From: Sedimentisphaera cyanobacteriorum | GTDB taxonomy: Bacteria; Planctomycetota; Phycisphaerae; Sedimentisphaerales; Sedimentisphaeraceae | Assembly (NCBI RefSeq): GCF_001997385.1 | Contig: NZ_CP019633.1 | Coordinates: 2,580,001 to 2,612,000 of the forward strand | DNA: 32,000 bases | Direction of reading: 5' to 3' | Part shown: piece by piece, positions 24,345 to 32,000 of the stretch | Position numbering within the stretch: position 1 is the stretch's first letter | Layout: each line of letters opens with the position of its first letter | Translations under genes and position numbers: made by a program | Notes under the pieces: model-generated | Told to the model about the DNA's origin: nothing | What the model saw: the letters and a program-made list of their open reading frames with translations, nothing else | Database searches by the model: none

Positions 24345-25892
24345 CTAAAGATAACTCTTAACTTCCTGAAAACTGGTTTCTCCGCTTATAACCTTTTTGA
24401 GAGCTTCCTTTCTTATTTTGGATTTCATTTTGCCCGAAGAGGCCGCCAGCAGATTTTCTCTGGTTATTTCCGAAAGGTCAGCTATCTGGTTTTTTGTTTC
24501 ATCATCCATTTCCAATACATCAAAAAGGGCGGTTCTGCCCTTGTATCCTGTGAAGCTGCAGCTTTTGCAGCCTTTCGGCCTCATAATGTGCTCTGTATCA
24601 ATGTGCCTTTTCTGAAGGTTTTGGAGTTTTACAGAGCTGATTTTCTCCGACACCTTACACTTTTCGCATAGATTTCTCCCCAGCCTTTGCGAAATAATCA
24701 GCGAGATGCTGCTCGCCAGAAGCCCTGTTTCCACGCCGAGCTCTTTGAGCCTCATTATCGCTGTTAGATTGTCGGAGCTGTGCATAGAGGCAATAATCAG
24801 ATGTCCGGTATGAGAAGCCTGAACAGCAGTCTGGGCAGTGATAGAATCTCGTATTTCGCCAATGCCTATAACATCAGGGTCCTGCCTTAGTATGCCTTTG
24901 AGCGTATCGCCGAAGTTAATACCTGCCTTCGGGTTAATCTCAATCTGGCTTGCACCTTTCAGGCTGTGTTCCACGGGGTCTTCAATCGTGATTACGTTCC
25001 GCTCAACCCGATCTACAGCAGAGAGCATACCATACATGGTTGTTGTTTTCCCGCTGCCTGTCGGCCCGCAGAGCAGAATCATACCAGAGCTTTTGCTTAT
25101 TGCCTTTTTCACCTTGGCAAGATCTTTCTCTTTGAAGCCGATTTCTTCAAGCTCGAGCCGGCCGGTAAACAAGGACAGCAGCCTTATAGACATTTTCTGC
25201 CCGTTTACAACGCCCGCAGTGGCTACGCGGAAAGAAGCGGATTCTTCCTTCACTTTTGCTGTGAAAGCCCCGTCCAGCGGTTTTCTCTTTTCGGAAATAT
25301 CCATCCCCGAAACTGCCTTGATGCAGTTTATAACAGCAGCGCCCACCTCGGTGTTCATTTCCCTGCTGAGCCTGAGCTTCCCGTCCACTCTCAGCCTTAC
25401 GGTGTATCCTTCTGTCCCCGAGGGGTCTAAAAGCACATCGCTTGCGGAGGACTGTATCGCATCGGCAATAATCTGCTTGCTCAAAAGCGCTACAGCAGTA
25501 CCAGAGCGGGATGTATTATTCCCGTAAACAGCTTCAATGCTTTTGCCTGTATTGTCTAATATGTCTATATCGTCTGCGGAGATCAGAGACTCATTTATCA
25601 TCTCTGAATCCAGACCTTTCCCCCAGAAGCTGCCCTTGAAAAGCCTCTTGAGGGCATCCCAGAGCGAGATGTTTTTCTTTGATGCCCTGCGGGCAAACTG
25701 CACAGAAAATGCCGCAAAAAGCGAGAGAGGCCCGAGCACCAGAGATACCGCATTTATGATAGGCTGGAAGCTGTTTTTCATAAATACGTGGCCGCTGAAG
25801 TGTTTTACAAGTATAACGCAGAAATAGAACCAGACGCACAAAACAACGCCTTTTACCAGCTGCATCTCTATAAATACTGAATCAAGCTCCAT
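24345..25892 (-). CDS. GspE/PilB-family secretion ATPase with two N-terminal transmembrane helices
   Basis: Walker A GPTGSGKTT, Asp box ITIEDPVE, Walker B DPDVIGIGEIRD, His box GHLIIASMH, tetracysteine CEKC...CKSC. The N-terminal ~75 aa is hydrophobic (VVLCVWFYFCVILV, AVSLVLGPLSLFAAFSV). Confidence 0.85.
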   Translation of the reverse strand: MELDSVFIEMQLVKGVVLCVWFYFCVILVKHFSGHVFMKNSFQPIINAVSLVLGPLSLFAAFSVQFARRASKKNISLWDALKRLFKGSFWGKGLDSEMINESLISADDIDILDNTGKSIEAVYGNNTSRSGTAVALLSKQIIADAIQSSASDVLLDPSGTEGYTVRLRVDGKLRLSREMNTEVGAAVINCIKAVSGMDISEKRKPLDGAFTAKVKEESASFRVATAGVVNGQKMSIRLLSLFTGRLELEEIGFKEKDLAKVKKAISKSSGMILLCGPTGSGKTTTMYGMLSAVDRVERNVITIEDPVEHSLKGASQIEINPKAGINFGDTLKGILRQDPDVIGIGEIRDSITAQTAVQASHTGHLIIASMHSSDNLTAIMRLKELGVETGLLASSISLIISQRLGRNLCEKCKVSEKISSVKLQNLQKRHIDTEHIMRPKGCKSCSFTGYKGRTALFDVLEMDDETKNQIADLSEITRENLLAASSGKMKSKIRKEALKKVISGETSFQEVKSYL

Positions 25893-26071
25893 ATTCTGAA
25901 GCCTGCTTAAATAACTCTAATTATTCCAGATTATATTCACTAAGAACAGCTTTTAAAGAAGAATATTTAGTTTTTTTATAGCCAAGCCAATAATTTTGAA
26001 AAAAAAGTTTAATCTTTGAGAGTAAAATGGTAATATACAGCTAAACGTGTTTATATTGAAAGGTTTTGAAA

Positions 26072-26395
26072 ATGGAAAATAGAGTTGTTGTTTCATTAGT
26101 CATCATTCAATTTGCGTTCTGCTGCCTAACAGGATTTTGTTTCGGTTTTGCAGGTGGCAGCGGAAGTTCATCCGATCCGTATCAAATCGCATCTCAGGCT
26201 GATCTGGAGGCGGTTACCAATTTTCCAGCAGCCCATTACATTCTCGTAAACGATATTGATCTATCCTCCACAACTTACGATGAAGCCGTTATTTCTCCGA
26301 ATGAAGCGTCTTACTGGAGCTCCAGCTACGCGAAGGCACTCCCTTTACCGGCAGCTTTGACGGGGCTGGATACCAAATATCAGGGCTCACAATAG
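26072..26395 (+). CDS. N-terminal fragment of a secreted GLUG-motif protein (signal peptide plus start of beta-helix)
   Basis: Signal/anchor MENRVVVSLVIIQFAFCCLTGFCFG, then GSGSSSDPYQIASQADLEAV...YILVNDIDL, typical of GLUG protein N-termini. The ORF loses homology after ...WSSSYA and stops at 26395. I prefer ATG 26072 over the track TTG at 26066. Confidence 0.6.
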   Translation: MENRVVVSLVIIQFAFCCLTGFCFGFAGGSGSSSDPYQIASQADLEAVTNFPAAHYILVNDIDLSSTTYDEAVISPNEASYWSSSYAKALPLPAALTGLDTKYQGSQ

Positions 26396-26457
26396 ACTGC
26401 GGCGAAGAAGATGAGTATATCGGTTTTTTCGGCAAATTTGATTCACAGGCTCTGATT

Positions 26458-27453
26458 ATGGATGTAAAGCTTGTGAATGTGGATGTATCTGGCGATGAGT
26501 ATGTGGGCGCTCTTGCAGGGAGCAGCCCAAGCGAGGTTAGCGATATAATCGGCTGCAGCGTAACCGGCGGAAGCGTTACAGCGAGCGGCTCTAAACTTGG
26601 CGGTCTTCTCGGCTATAACGACGGATTTGTTCAAAACTGCTATTCCACTGTCCTCGTTAGCGGTTCGGCAACCGATGCCGGCGGGCTTATAGGCGAGAAT
26701 TACAACGGAACAGTTACCGGCTGCTATACCGCTGGAACGCTTTCAGGCAGCAATACCTACACTGGCGGGCTCGTGGGCTATGCAGGCTCAAACAGCACTG
26801 TAACACAGTCATATTCAGAAATGGCTGTAACGGGCTACGCGAAAACAGGCTCTCTTATTGGCCAGAATCGGGGCACTGTTTCGGATTGTTATGCCCTCGG
26901 AGATGCCTCAGCATCCTTTACCGGAAGCGGCTGCGAAACGGGAGCCCTTGTCGGGTTCAATTATGGAAGCATACAAAACTGTTTCTCTACCGGCAGCGTT
27001 ACGGACTGCTTGTCCGGAGCAGCGATTGCCGGATGCAGCTATGAGGGGGATATCGCAGGATGTTTTTGGGATATTCAAACTTCAGGAGAAGACAAGGCTT
27101 ACACAATAGCCTTCGACTACACCCCCGTTTACAGCTCTCAAGGCGTTGCGGGAAGTAAGACCACAGCTCAAATGCAGTCTAAATCTACATTTACTGATGA
27201 AGGCTGGGATTTCTCCAGCGACGACGGCGATGAGCAGGTTTGGATTATGCTCCCGGGGAGTTATCCGAAGCTCGCTGTTTTCGGGTATGAGATTGAAGGC
27301 GATATAGACGGAAGCGGAGAAGTGAACCTCGAAGATCTGTCAATGATGGCAGCTGAATGGCTTCTTGCCGGCGATTATGCCGCTGATATCAACGACGACG
27401 GGAAAGTGGATATGGAAGATTACGCAGCTCTCGCTGAATACTGGCAGGGATAA
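26458..27453 (+). CDS. GLUG-motif repeat protein with C-terminal dockerin-like repeats (body; frame is open upstream to 26305)
   Basis: Repeated GGLxGxNxGxVxxCY motifs (GGLLGYNDGFVQNCY, GGLIGENYNGTVTGCY, GGLVGYAGSNSTVTQSY, GSLIGQNRGTVSDCY, GALVGFNYGSIQNCF). The tail has GDIDGSGEVNLEDL and DINDDGKVDMEDY. The upstream in-frame sequence reads EGTPFTGSFDGAGYQISGLTI. Confidence 0.8.
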   Translation: MDVKLVNVDVSGDEYVGALAGSSPSEVSDIIGCSVTGGSVTASGSKLGGLLGYNDGFVQNCYSTVLVSGSATDAGGLIGENYNGTVTGCYTAGTLSGSNTYTGGLVGYAGSNSTVTQSYSEMAVTGYAKTGSLIGQNRGTVSDCYALGDASASFTGSGCETGALVGFNYGSIQNCFSTGSVTDCLSGAAIAGCSYEGDIAGCFWDIQTSGEDKAYTIAFDYTPVYSSQGVAGSKTTAQMQSKSTFTDEGWDFSSDDGDEQVWIMLPGSYPKLAVFGYEIEGDIDGSGEVNLEDLSMMAAEWLLAGDYAADINDDGKVDMEDYAALAEYWQG

Positions 27454-27670
27454 ATTTCAGGCATACTTTGACCTGGCTTCGGCGGTAGTTTTTCATAAAC
27501 CCTTGTCAGTAAAGGACTCGATTTTTTGCGCAGGCACTACAAACCTGTTTTGCCAAGCTTTTTCAGGGGTGAAATTACATTTTGTAGGACGCAGTATTTG
27601 TGCTCAGATTAAATGTTTTATAGAGGCTGCGCAACCACCCCGCATAAATAGGAAATCAAAAAATAAAGCC

Positions 27671-28741
27671 CTACAGATAATTTTCGCACTTTTTGCTGAT
27701 ATCTCTTACTGAATCTCTTTCTATTAGTTCCGGACAGAGGTATGGGTTATGGTCTGTAATGCTGCTGAAGTTTTTTCTGTTAGTGATAAGATTAACCGCT
27801 TCATAAGCAACCTGCTTATCGGGTTGTTTGACTACAGTGATAGCAGGGGTGCTCCATTTATTAACCAAAGCGCTGTCGTCAAATCCAATAATCGAGAAAT
27901 CTTCCGGGATCTTGTAGCCTTCAGCTTTTATAGCCCGTGCTATTCCCGCTGCGATCTGGTCGTCATAGGCAAATATTGCAGTATAGTTTTTGTTTTTTCG
28001 GAAGTATTCTCTAAAGCACCCTTCAGTGTCGTTGTCTTCGCAGCTGCTTGGGTCATAGAATACCAGCCCGTCCGGTCGCAGGGTATTCATTTCAGCGTGG
28101 GCTCTGAGCAGGCCAAAATACCTTTCACGTGAGAAGTGTGAATCATTTCCTACCGTTGATTGTGCCTGTTTATATGTAACATACAGAATGTTTCGGTGTC
28201 CTTTTTGGAGTAGGTATTTTGTTGCCAGATATCCGCCGGTTACGTTGTCAACAAGCACGGAATTTACATTTGGTATATTCATTTTGTCAAGCAGGCTTAC
28301 TACAGGAGTGCCTTCAAGGGCTACTTTTTGTATCTTGTCTATAGATTCGTGCAGCCCCTTTGACTTTATTATTATCCCATCAACGCGTTTGTTTACCATA
28401 AAATCCATTTGTTGAATTTCGTGCTCAGTGTCCCATTGTGTTACGCCGAGAATGATGCCGTATTGCTGCTGTTCTGCATAGCTTTGAATATGACTTACAA
28501 GCTCATCTATTTGGAAGGAAAAGAAGTTTGATATTATTAATCCTATAAGCTGTGAGCTTTGATTGCGTAGTGCTTTTGCTGCGAAGTTAGGTTTGTAGCC
28601 AATTTTCTCAGCTTCATCGATTATTCTATGGCGAAGCTTTTCGCTTACCTTCCCGGCATCCCTAAGTGCCCTGGACACTGTTGCCGCAGAAACATTAAGG
28701 TTTGAGGCTATATCTCTTATAGTTGGTTTTTCTTTTGTCAT
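27671..28741 (-). CDS. LacI-family transcriptional regulator
   Basis: N-terminal HTH TIRDIASNLNVSAATVSRALR...YKPNFAAKALR, followed by a periplasmic-binding-protein-like sugar-binding fold. Confidence 0.9.
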   Translation of the reverse strand: MTKEKPTIRDIASNLNVSAATVSRALRDAGKVSEKLRHRIIDEAEKIGYKPNFAAKALRNQSSQLIGLIISNFFSFQIDELVSHIQSYAEQQQYGIILGVTQWDTEHEIQQMDFMVNKRVDGIIIKSKGLHESIDKIQKVALEGTPVVSLLDKMNIPNVNSVLVDNVTGGYLATKYLLQKGHRNILYVTYKQAQSTVGNDSHFSRERYFGLLRAHAEMNTLRPDGLVFYDPSSCEDNDTEGCFREYFRKNKNYTAIFAYDDQIAAGIARAIKAEGYKIPEDFSIIGFDDSALVNKWSTPAITVVKQPDKQVAYEAVNLITNRKNFSSITDHNPYLCPELIERDSVRDISKKCENYL

Positions 28742-28819
28742 AAACTGCGGCCTTGAAAAATAGTTTTCTTGTTCTTAAAGTTCTATGCTAATTGAAATAT
28801 GAAGGAAGTCAAGTTAAAA

Positions 28820-28833
28820 GGAAAACGATTTCA
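28820..28833. promoter_or_regulatory. Candidate LacI-type operator 1
   Basis: GGAAAACGATTTCA is an imperfect palindrome centred on CG. It lies 79 bp upstream of the lacI-family start, in the divergent intergenic region. Confidence 0.4.
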
Positions 28834-28837
28834 TTGT

Positions 28838-28873
28838 GTTTACCTAATTGTTTACCTAATTGTTTGCATAATT
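28838..28873. repeat. 12-bp tandem repeat x3 in the divergent promoter region
   Basis: GTTTACCTAATT, GTTTACCTAATT, GTTTGCATAATT, directly adjacent to candidate operator 1. Confidence 0.7.
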
Positions 28874-28953
28874 TAAAAAAAATGTGTCGTTCTGCAAAAG
28901 TTTTTGAATTAAAAGCTTGAATATTGGGCTGTGGGCTTGTATTTTGTGCTTAG

Positions 28954-28967
28954 GTAAAACGTTTTCC
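28954..28967. promoter_or_regulatory. Candidate LacI-type operator 2
   Basis: GTAAAACGTTTTCC, whose core AAAACGTTTT is a perfect palindrome. It shares AAAACGwTTTC with operator 1 and lies about 165 bp upstream of the LamG gene ATG. Confidence 0.4.
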
Positions 28968-29132
28968 TTTTCCGTGCCAGAAATTGAAGCTTTAGACTGA
29001 GGTTTTTTGAAAATAAACTGGCCTTAGCTCATTACAATTAATAATGATATTAGATGTTTTGAGGCCTTGCGGCCGAGTTTCAATTTCGAAGGTGTTCTTA
29101 CGTACAGATTAAAGATTTAGAAAGGAACTAAA

Positions 29133-32000
29133 ATGAACAGGAAATTAGTTAGTTTATTATCATTCATGGTGCTGTCTTATGCATTGCTGGCATCGCCCGT
29201 TGCTTTGCAGCACATTTCATTTGATGATAATTTTGGCAATGCTGTCTATGTTGATGATGAAGGCGGCGTTGCCGGGGCTATTGATTATGTTACGGGTGCT
29301 CCAGTAGGAAAGGGGGCAGAATTTACAAATCCTACAGAAGCCAGCCAGGGTGATTACCTGAAGCTCTCTCAAATAATGGAGCAAAAAGGCACAGTTGCTA
29401 TGTGGCTCAATATCGACCAAAGCTACAACTACCAGAATATATGGGATTGTGGTACTGGCAGCTGGCAATGGGAAATGTACAACGATGAAACCGGAACATT
29501 TTTCACAAAGATAGATGGCTGGCCCGGCTGCAGGATGTATGAAGGTTCGGACTATTCCCTTGATTCATGGTTCCATTATGCATGGACATGGGATACAACA
29601 AGCGGAAGCGCTGTATGCAAGCTTTACATCAATGGTGTAGAGGTTGATTCTGTTACTCAGAATTCTGCTGCATCTGGTTCATCATTCAATGTTGGTGCCG
29701 GTTTGGAAGGCAACTTTAAGTATAACGGTATGATGGATGAATTTTATATTATGGACTCTGTAATGGAGCCTAATGATATTATGAACTCTTTTGTTAATCC
29801 AGCAAATGAAGGCACACTTGCAACCAATCCATATCCGTATGTTTCTCAAGAAGTTGAAACTGATAGCGTAACACTGAGTTGGGATGCGCCATCAGGTGCT
29901 GCTTCCCCAAGTTATAATGTGTATTTTAAAGAAGGCGATTCAGATTTTACAGCTGTAACACCTGTTTCAACTGCTTCTTCTTCAATCAACAAGACAGTGT
30001 CAAACAATAATACTTATTATTGGAGAGTTGATGTTGTTGACGGTGATACAACTTATGAAGGTATTGTGTGGCAGTTCTCGGCTGCTCTGGAAGATGACCT
30101 TCCTGTTGCTGCAGCTTATCTGCCTTTTGAGGATAACAGATTTGGCGGCGTAGATTATATTGATGATCAGGGCGGCGTTGCCGGCGATATAGCTATCACA
30201 GATAATGGTGTTATCGGCAAGTATGCAAATTTCGTTAATCCAAACGATCCGGCGCAGGGTGATTCTCTCTATGCAGAACATCCGGGCGAGAGCGGTACTG
30301 TTGCTATGTGGGCAAAATACGCAGATACTGCTGCTGTTAATTCTAATGCTGTGCTTTGGGATGCTTCTGTTGCAGGCAATGATTGGAAGCTTTACCCAGC
30401 AGGGACATCTTTATATGCTCGTCTTGCTGCAAGCCAATGGGCTCCAAACATAACAACGCTTGAGACCCTCACAGATTGGTTCCATATTGCTTGGACATGG
30501 GAAAAGACCGGGGAAAAAGCCGAAACAATTCTTTATATTGATGGTGTTGAAGTCAGCACTGAGATGCAGAATTTAGACGCTCATTCAGATGCATTCAAAA
30601 TTGGCGGAGGCTTTTCATGGTATCCCAAGTTTGATGGCGGGATGGATGAGGCATATCTGTTTGAAAACGCACTTAACGCTGATCAGGTTGCAGCACTTAT
30701 CACGGATGCTCAGGACGGAGTTCTTGCAACAAATCCAATACCCTCGGTATCAGAAACCGTTTACAACGAGCAGACTGCTTTAAGCTGGACGGCGCCAGCA
30801 AGCGTTACATCTCCATCATACAACGTGTATGTCGCTGCTGACGAGCCGGTATTTTCAAATGTAACGCCTGTTGTTACAACAGAAACTTCAATTGATATTA
30901 CAGTTGAAACTGCAACAACATACTACTGGAAAGTGGAAGTGGTTGAAGGTTCAACTGCATATTCTCCAATAATCTGGCAGTTTGATACTATGCTTGGCAA
31001 TGACCTTCCTGTAGCTCTTGCACACGTTTCTTTTGAGGACGACCAGATCAAAGGTGTTGCTTATGTTGACGACCAGGGCGATGCTGAAGGCGATATAGTT
31101 ATCACTGAGAATGGTATTATTGGAAAGTATGGTAATTTTACCAATCCTAACACAAATCCTCAGGGTGATTCTCTCTATGCAGAACATCCAGGCGAGAGCG
31201 GTTCTGTTGCTATGTGGGCAAAATACGCAGATACTGCTGCTGTTAATTCTAATGCTGTGCTTTGGGATGCTTCTGTTGCAGGCAATGATTGGAAGCTTTA
31301 CCCAGCAGGGACATCTTTATATGCTCGTCTTGCTGCAAGCCAATGGGCTCCAAACATAACAACGCTTGAGACCCTCACAGATTGGTTCCATATTGTATGG
31401 ACATGGGATAAGACTGGCTTGCAGGCTGATACTGTTCTTTATATTAATGGCGTTGAGGTTAGCTCTGAGGCCCAGAACTTTGATGCTCACGCAGATGTGT
31501 TCAGGATCGGCGGCGGCTTCTCATGGTATCCCAAGTTTGATGGCGGGATGGATGAGGTATATCTGTTTGATCGTGCCCTTACAGCAGATCAGGTTACATC
31601 TTTGATAACTGACGCAGAGGACGGTATTCTTGCAACAAATCCGCAGCCTGCTGCAGGTCAAGTTACTGCTTCACAGGTTTCTGATTCTCTGAGCTGGACA
31701 GCTCCTTCAGCAGTAACAGCTCCGACATATAATGTTTATTTTAGTACAAATCCAACTCTGCCTGCTGATACACAAGTGGCCGCTGGAATCTCTGCAACAA
31801 GCGTTGCTGTTCCTGATGGCTGCGTAGAGGGCAAGAGATACTACTGGAGAGTCGATGTAGTCGATGGCGATACAACGAATACCGGTATTGTATGGAGCTT
31901 CAAGTATTACTACCTTGACACTGATCTTAACAAAGATGCCTATGTAAATAATATTGACTATGCTGCAGTTGCAGACAATTATAACAAAAGCAATCTGACA
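29133..32000 (+). CDS. Large secreted protein with three tandem LamG (concanavalin-like) plus Fn3-like modules; 3' end beyond the window
   Basis: My own translation of frame 3 from ATG 29133 (AAAGGA 6 nt upstream) found no stop to base 32000. The track omits it, presumably because it has no stop in the window. Signal peptide MNRKLVSLLSFMVLSYALLA. LamG motifs GTVAMW, DWFHIAWTW, LYIDGVEV and FDGGMDEAYLF occur three times. Fn3-like modules have LSWxAP...YNVY...YYWRVDVV. A dockerin-like DLNKDAYVNNIDY lies at the window edge. Confidence 0.85.
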   Translation, partial: MNRKLVSLLSFMVLSYALLASPVALQHISFDDNFGNAVYVDDEGGVAGAIDYVTGAPVGKGAEFTNPTEASQGDYLKLSQIMEQKGTVAMWLNIDQSYNYQNIWDCGTGSWQWEMYNDETGTFFTKIDGWPGCRMYEGSDYSLDSWFHYAWTWDTTSGSAVCKLYINGVEVDSVTQNSAASGSSFNVGAGLEGNFKYNGMMDEFYIMDSVMEPNDIMNSFVNPANEGTLATNPYPYVSQEVETDSVTLSWDAPSGAASPSYNVYFKEGDSDFTAVTPVSTASSSINKTVSNNNTYYWRVDVVDGDTTYEGIVWQFSAALEDDLPVAAAYLPFEDNRFGGVDYIDDQGGVAGDIAITDNGVIGKYANFVNPNDPAQGDSLYAEHPGESGTVAMWAKYADTAAVNSNAVLWDASVAGNDWKLYPAGTSLYARLAASQWAPNITTLETLTDWFHIAWTWEKTGEKAETILYIDGVEVSTEMQNLDAHSDAFKIGGGFSWYPKFDGGMDEAYLFENALNADQVAALITDAQDGVLATNPIPSVSETVYNEQTALSWTAPASVTSPSYNVYVAADEPVFSNVTPVVTTETSIDITVETATTYYWKVEVVEGSTAYSPIIWQFDTMLGNDLPVALAHVSFEDDQIKGVAYVDDQGDAEGDIVITENGIIGKYGNFTNPNTNPQGDSLYAEHPGESGSVAMWAKYADTAAVNSNAVLWDASVAGNDWKLYPAGTSLYARLAASQWAPNITTLETLTDWFHIVWTWDKTGLQADTVLYINGVEVSSEAQNFDAHADVFRIGGGFSWYPKFDGGMDEVYLFDRALTADQVTSLITDAEDGILATNPQPAAGQVTASQVSDSLSWTAPSAVTAPTYNVYFSTNPTLPADTQVAAGISATSVAVPDGCVEGKRYYWRVDVVDGDTTNTGIVWSFKYYYLDTDLNKDAYVNNIDYAAVADNYNKSNLT
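30255..30489 (+). repeat. Near-identical block inside LamG module 2 (partner at 31161-31395)
   Basis: Same 906-bp offset as the module repeat. There are two mismatches (30284 G vs 31190 A; 30297 A vs 31203 T), and 30298-30489 is identical to 31204-31395 over 192 bp. Confidence 0.9.
31161..31395 (+). repeat. Near-identical block inside LamG module 3 (partner at 30255-30489)
   Basis: See the partner feature. Flanking parts of the modules are clearly more diverged at the nucleotide level. Confidence 0.9.

Noticed and set aside
24838-25527. 229-aa and 154-aa plus-strand ORFs inside the ATPase gene.
   Set aside because: They are antisense to a gene carrying the full Walker/Asp/His box set, and they are Ser/Pro/Leu-rich shadow ORFs.
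28838-28873. Possible CRISPR-like or mini-satellite array.
   Set aside because: There are only three contiguous 12-bp units with no spacers and no cas genes, so it is a tandem repeat and not a CRISPR array.
30255-31395. Possible template/variable repeat pair of a diversity-generating retroelement in the LamG gene.
   Set aside because: The window has no reverse transcriptase or accessory gene. The two mismatches (G/A and A/T) are not the adenine-specific pattern expected, and both copies are in-frame parts of the same tandem protein repeat.
29217-31605. Seven short ORFs (64-93 aa) on both strands listed in the track for this region.
   Set aside because: The whole region is covered by one long open frame from ATG 29133 to the window end, with repeated LamG motifs. 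The two near-identical 82-aa ORFs simply mirror the DNA repeat.
1-32000. Search for rRNA, tRNA, tmRNA, RNase P or SRP RNA genes, and for toxin-antitoxin, restriction-modification, retron or CBASS-type defence genes.
   Set aside because: I recognised no conserved RNA signature by eye. Every sizeable ORF has a more ordinary assignment. The GGDEF and NUDIX genes lack the effector partners expected of cyclic-nucleotide defence systems.

Overview
This 32 kb window reads as chromosomal DNA of a PVC-type bacterium. My guess is Planctomycetota, Phycisphaerae-like, inferred only from gene content: a sulfatase, a fused and expanded SecDF, and LamG/GLUG proteins with dockerin-like tails.

The left part (1-13.3 kb) is housekeeping. 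It holds a rhodanese fragment and a minus-strand operon of M42 peptidase, NUDIX hydrolase, GGDEF cyclase and a DUF3524/GTDC1-like glycosyltransferase. A Cys-type sulfatase follows, then yajC-secDF, a LysM protein and ftsW-murG.

The right part (13.4-32 kb) is accessory:
- a GH43 hydrolase
- an intact IS4/IS1634-like insertion sequence with 18-bp terminal inverted repeats
- a multi-PAS hybrid histidine kinase of about 1955 aa, split by a 1-nt frame change inside an A7 run
- a 0.9-kb ORF-free gap dense in GC-rich palindromic repeats
- a two-gene module of a membrane-anchored GspE/PilB-like ATPase plus a small polytopic membrane protein
- a frameshifted GLUG/dockerin-like secreted protein
- a LacI regulator
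- a long LamG-repeat secreted protein that runs off the window and is missing from the supplied ORF track

I recognised no rRNA, tRNA or CRISPR array. I found no clear defence-type system. The best candidates for something undescribed are the orphan TM-anchored secretion-type ATPase module, the inverted GC-rich repeats bracketing the kinase locus, and the slippery-site frame change in the kinase. All functional calls rest on motif recognition by eye, with no database search.
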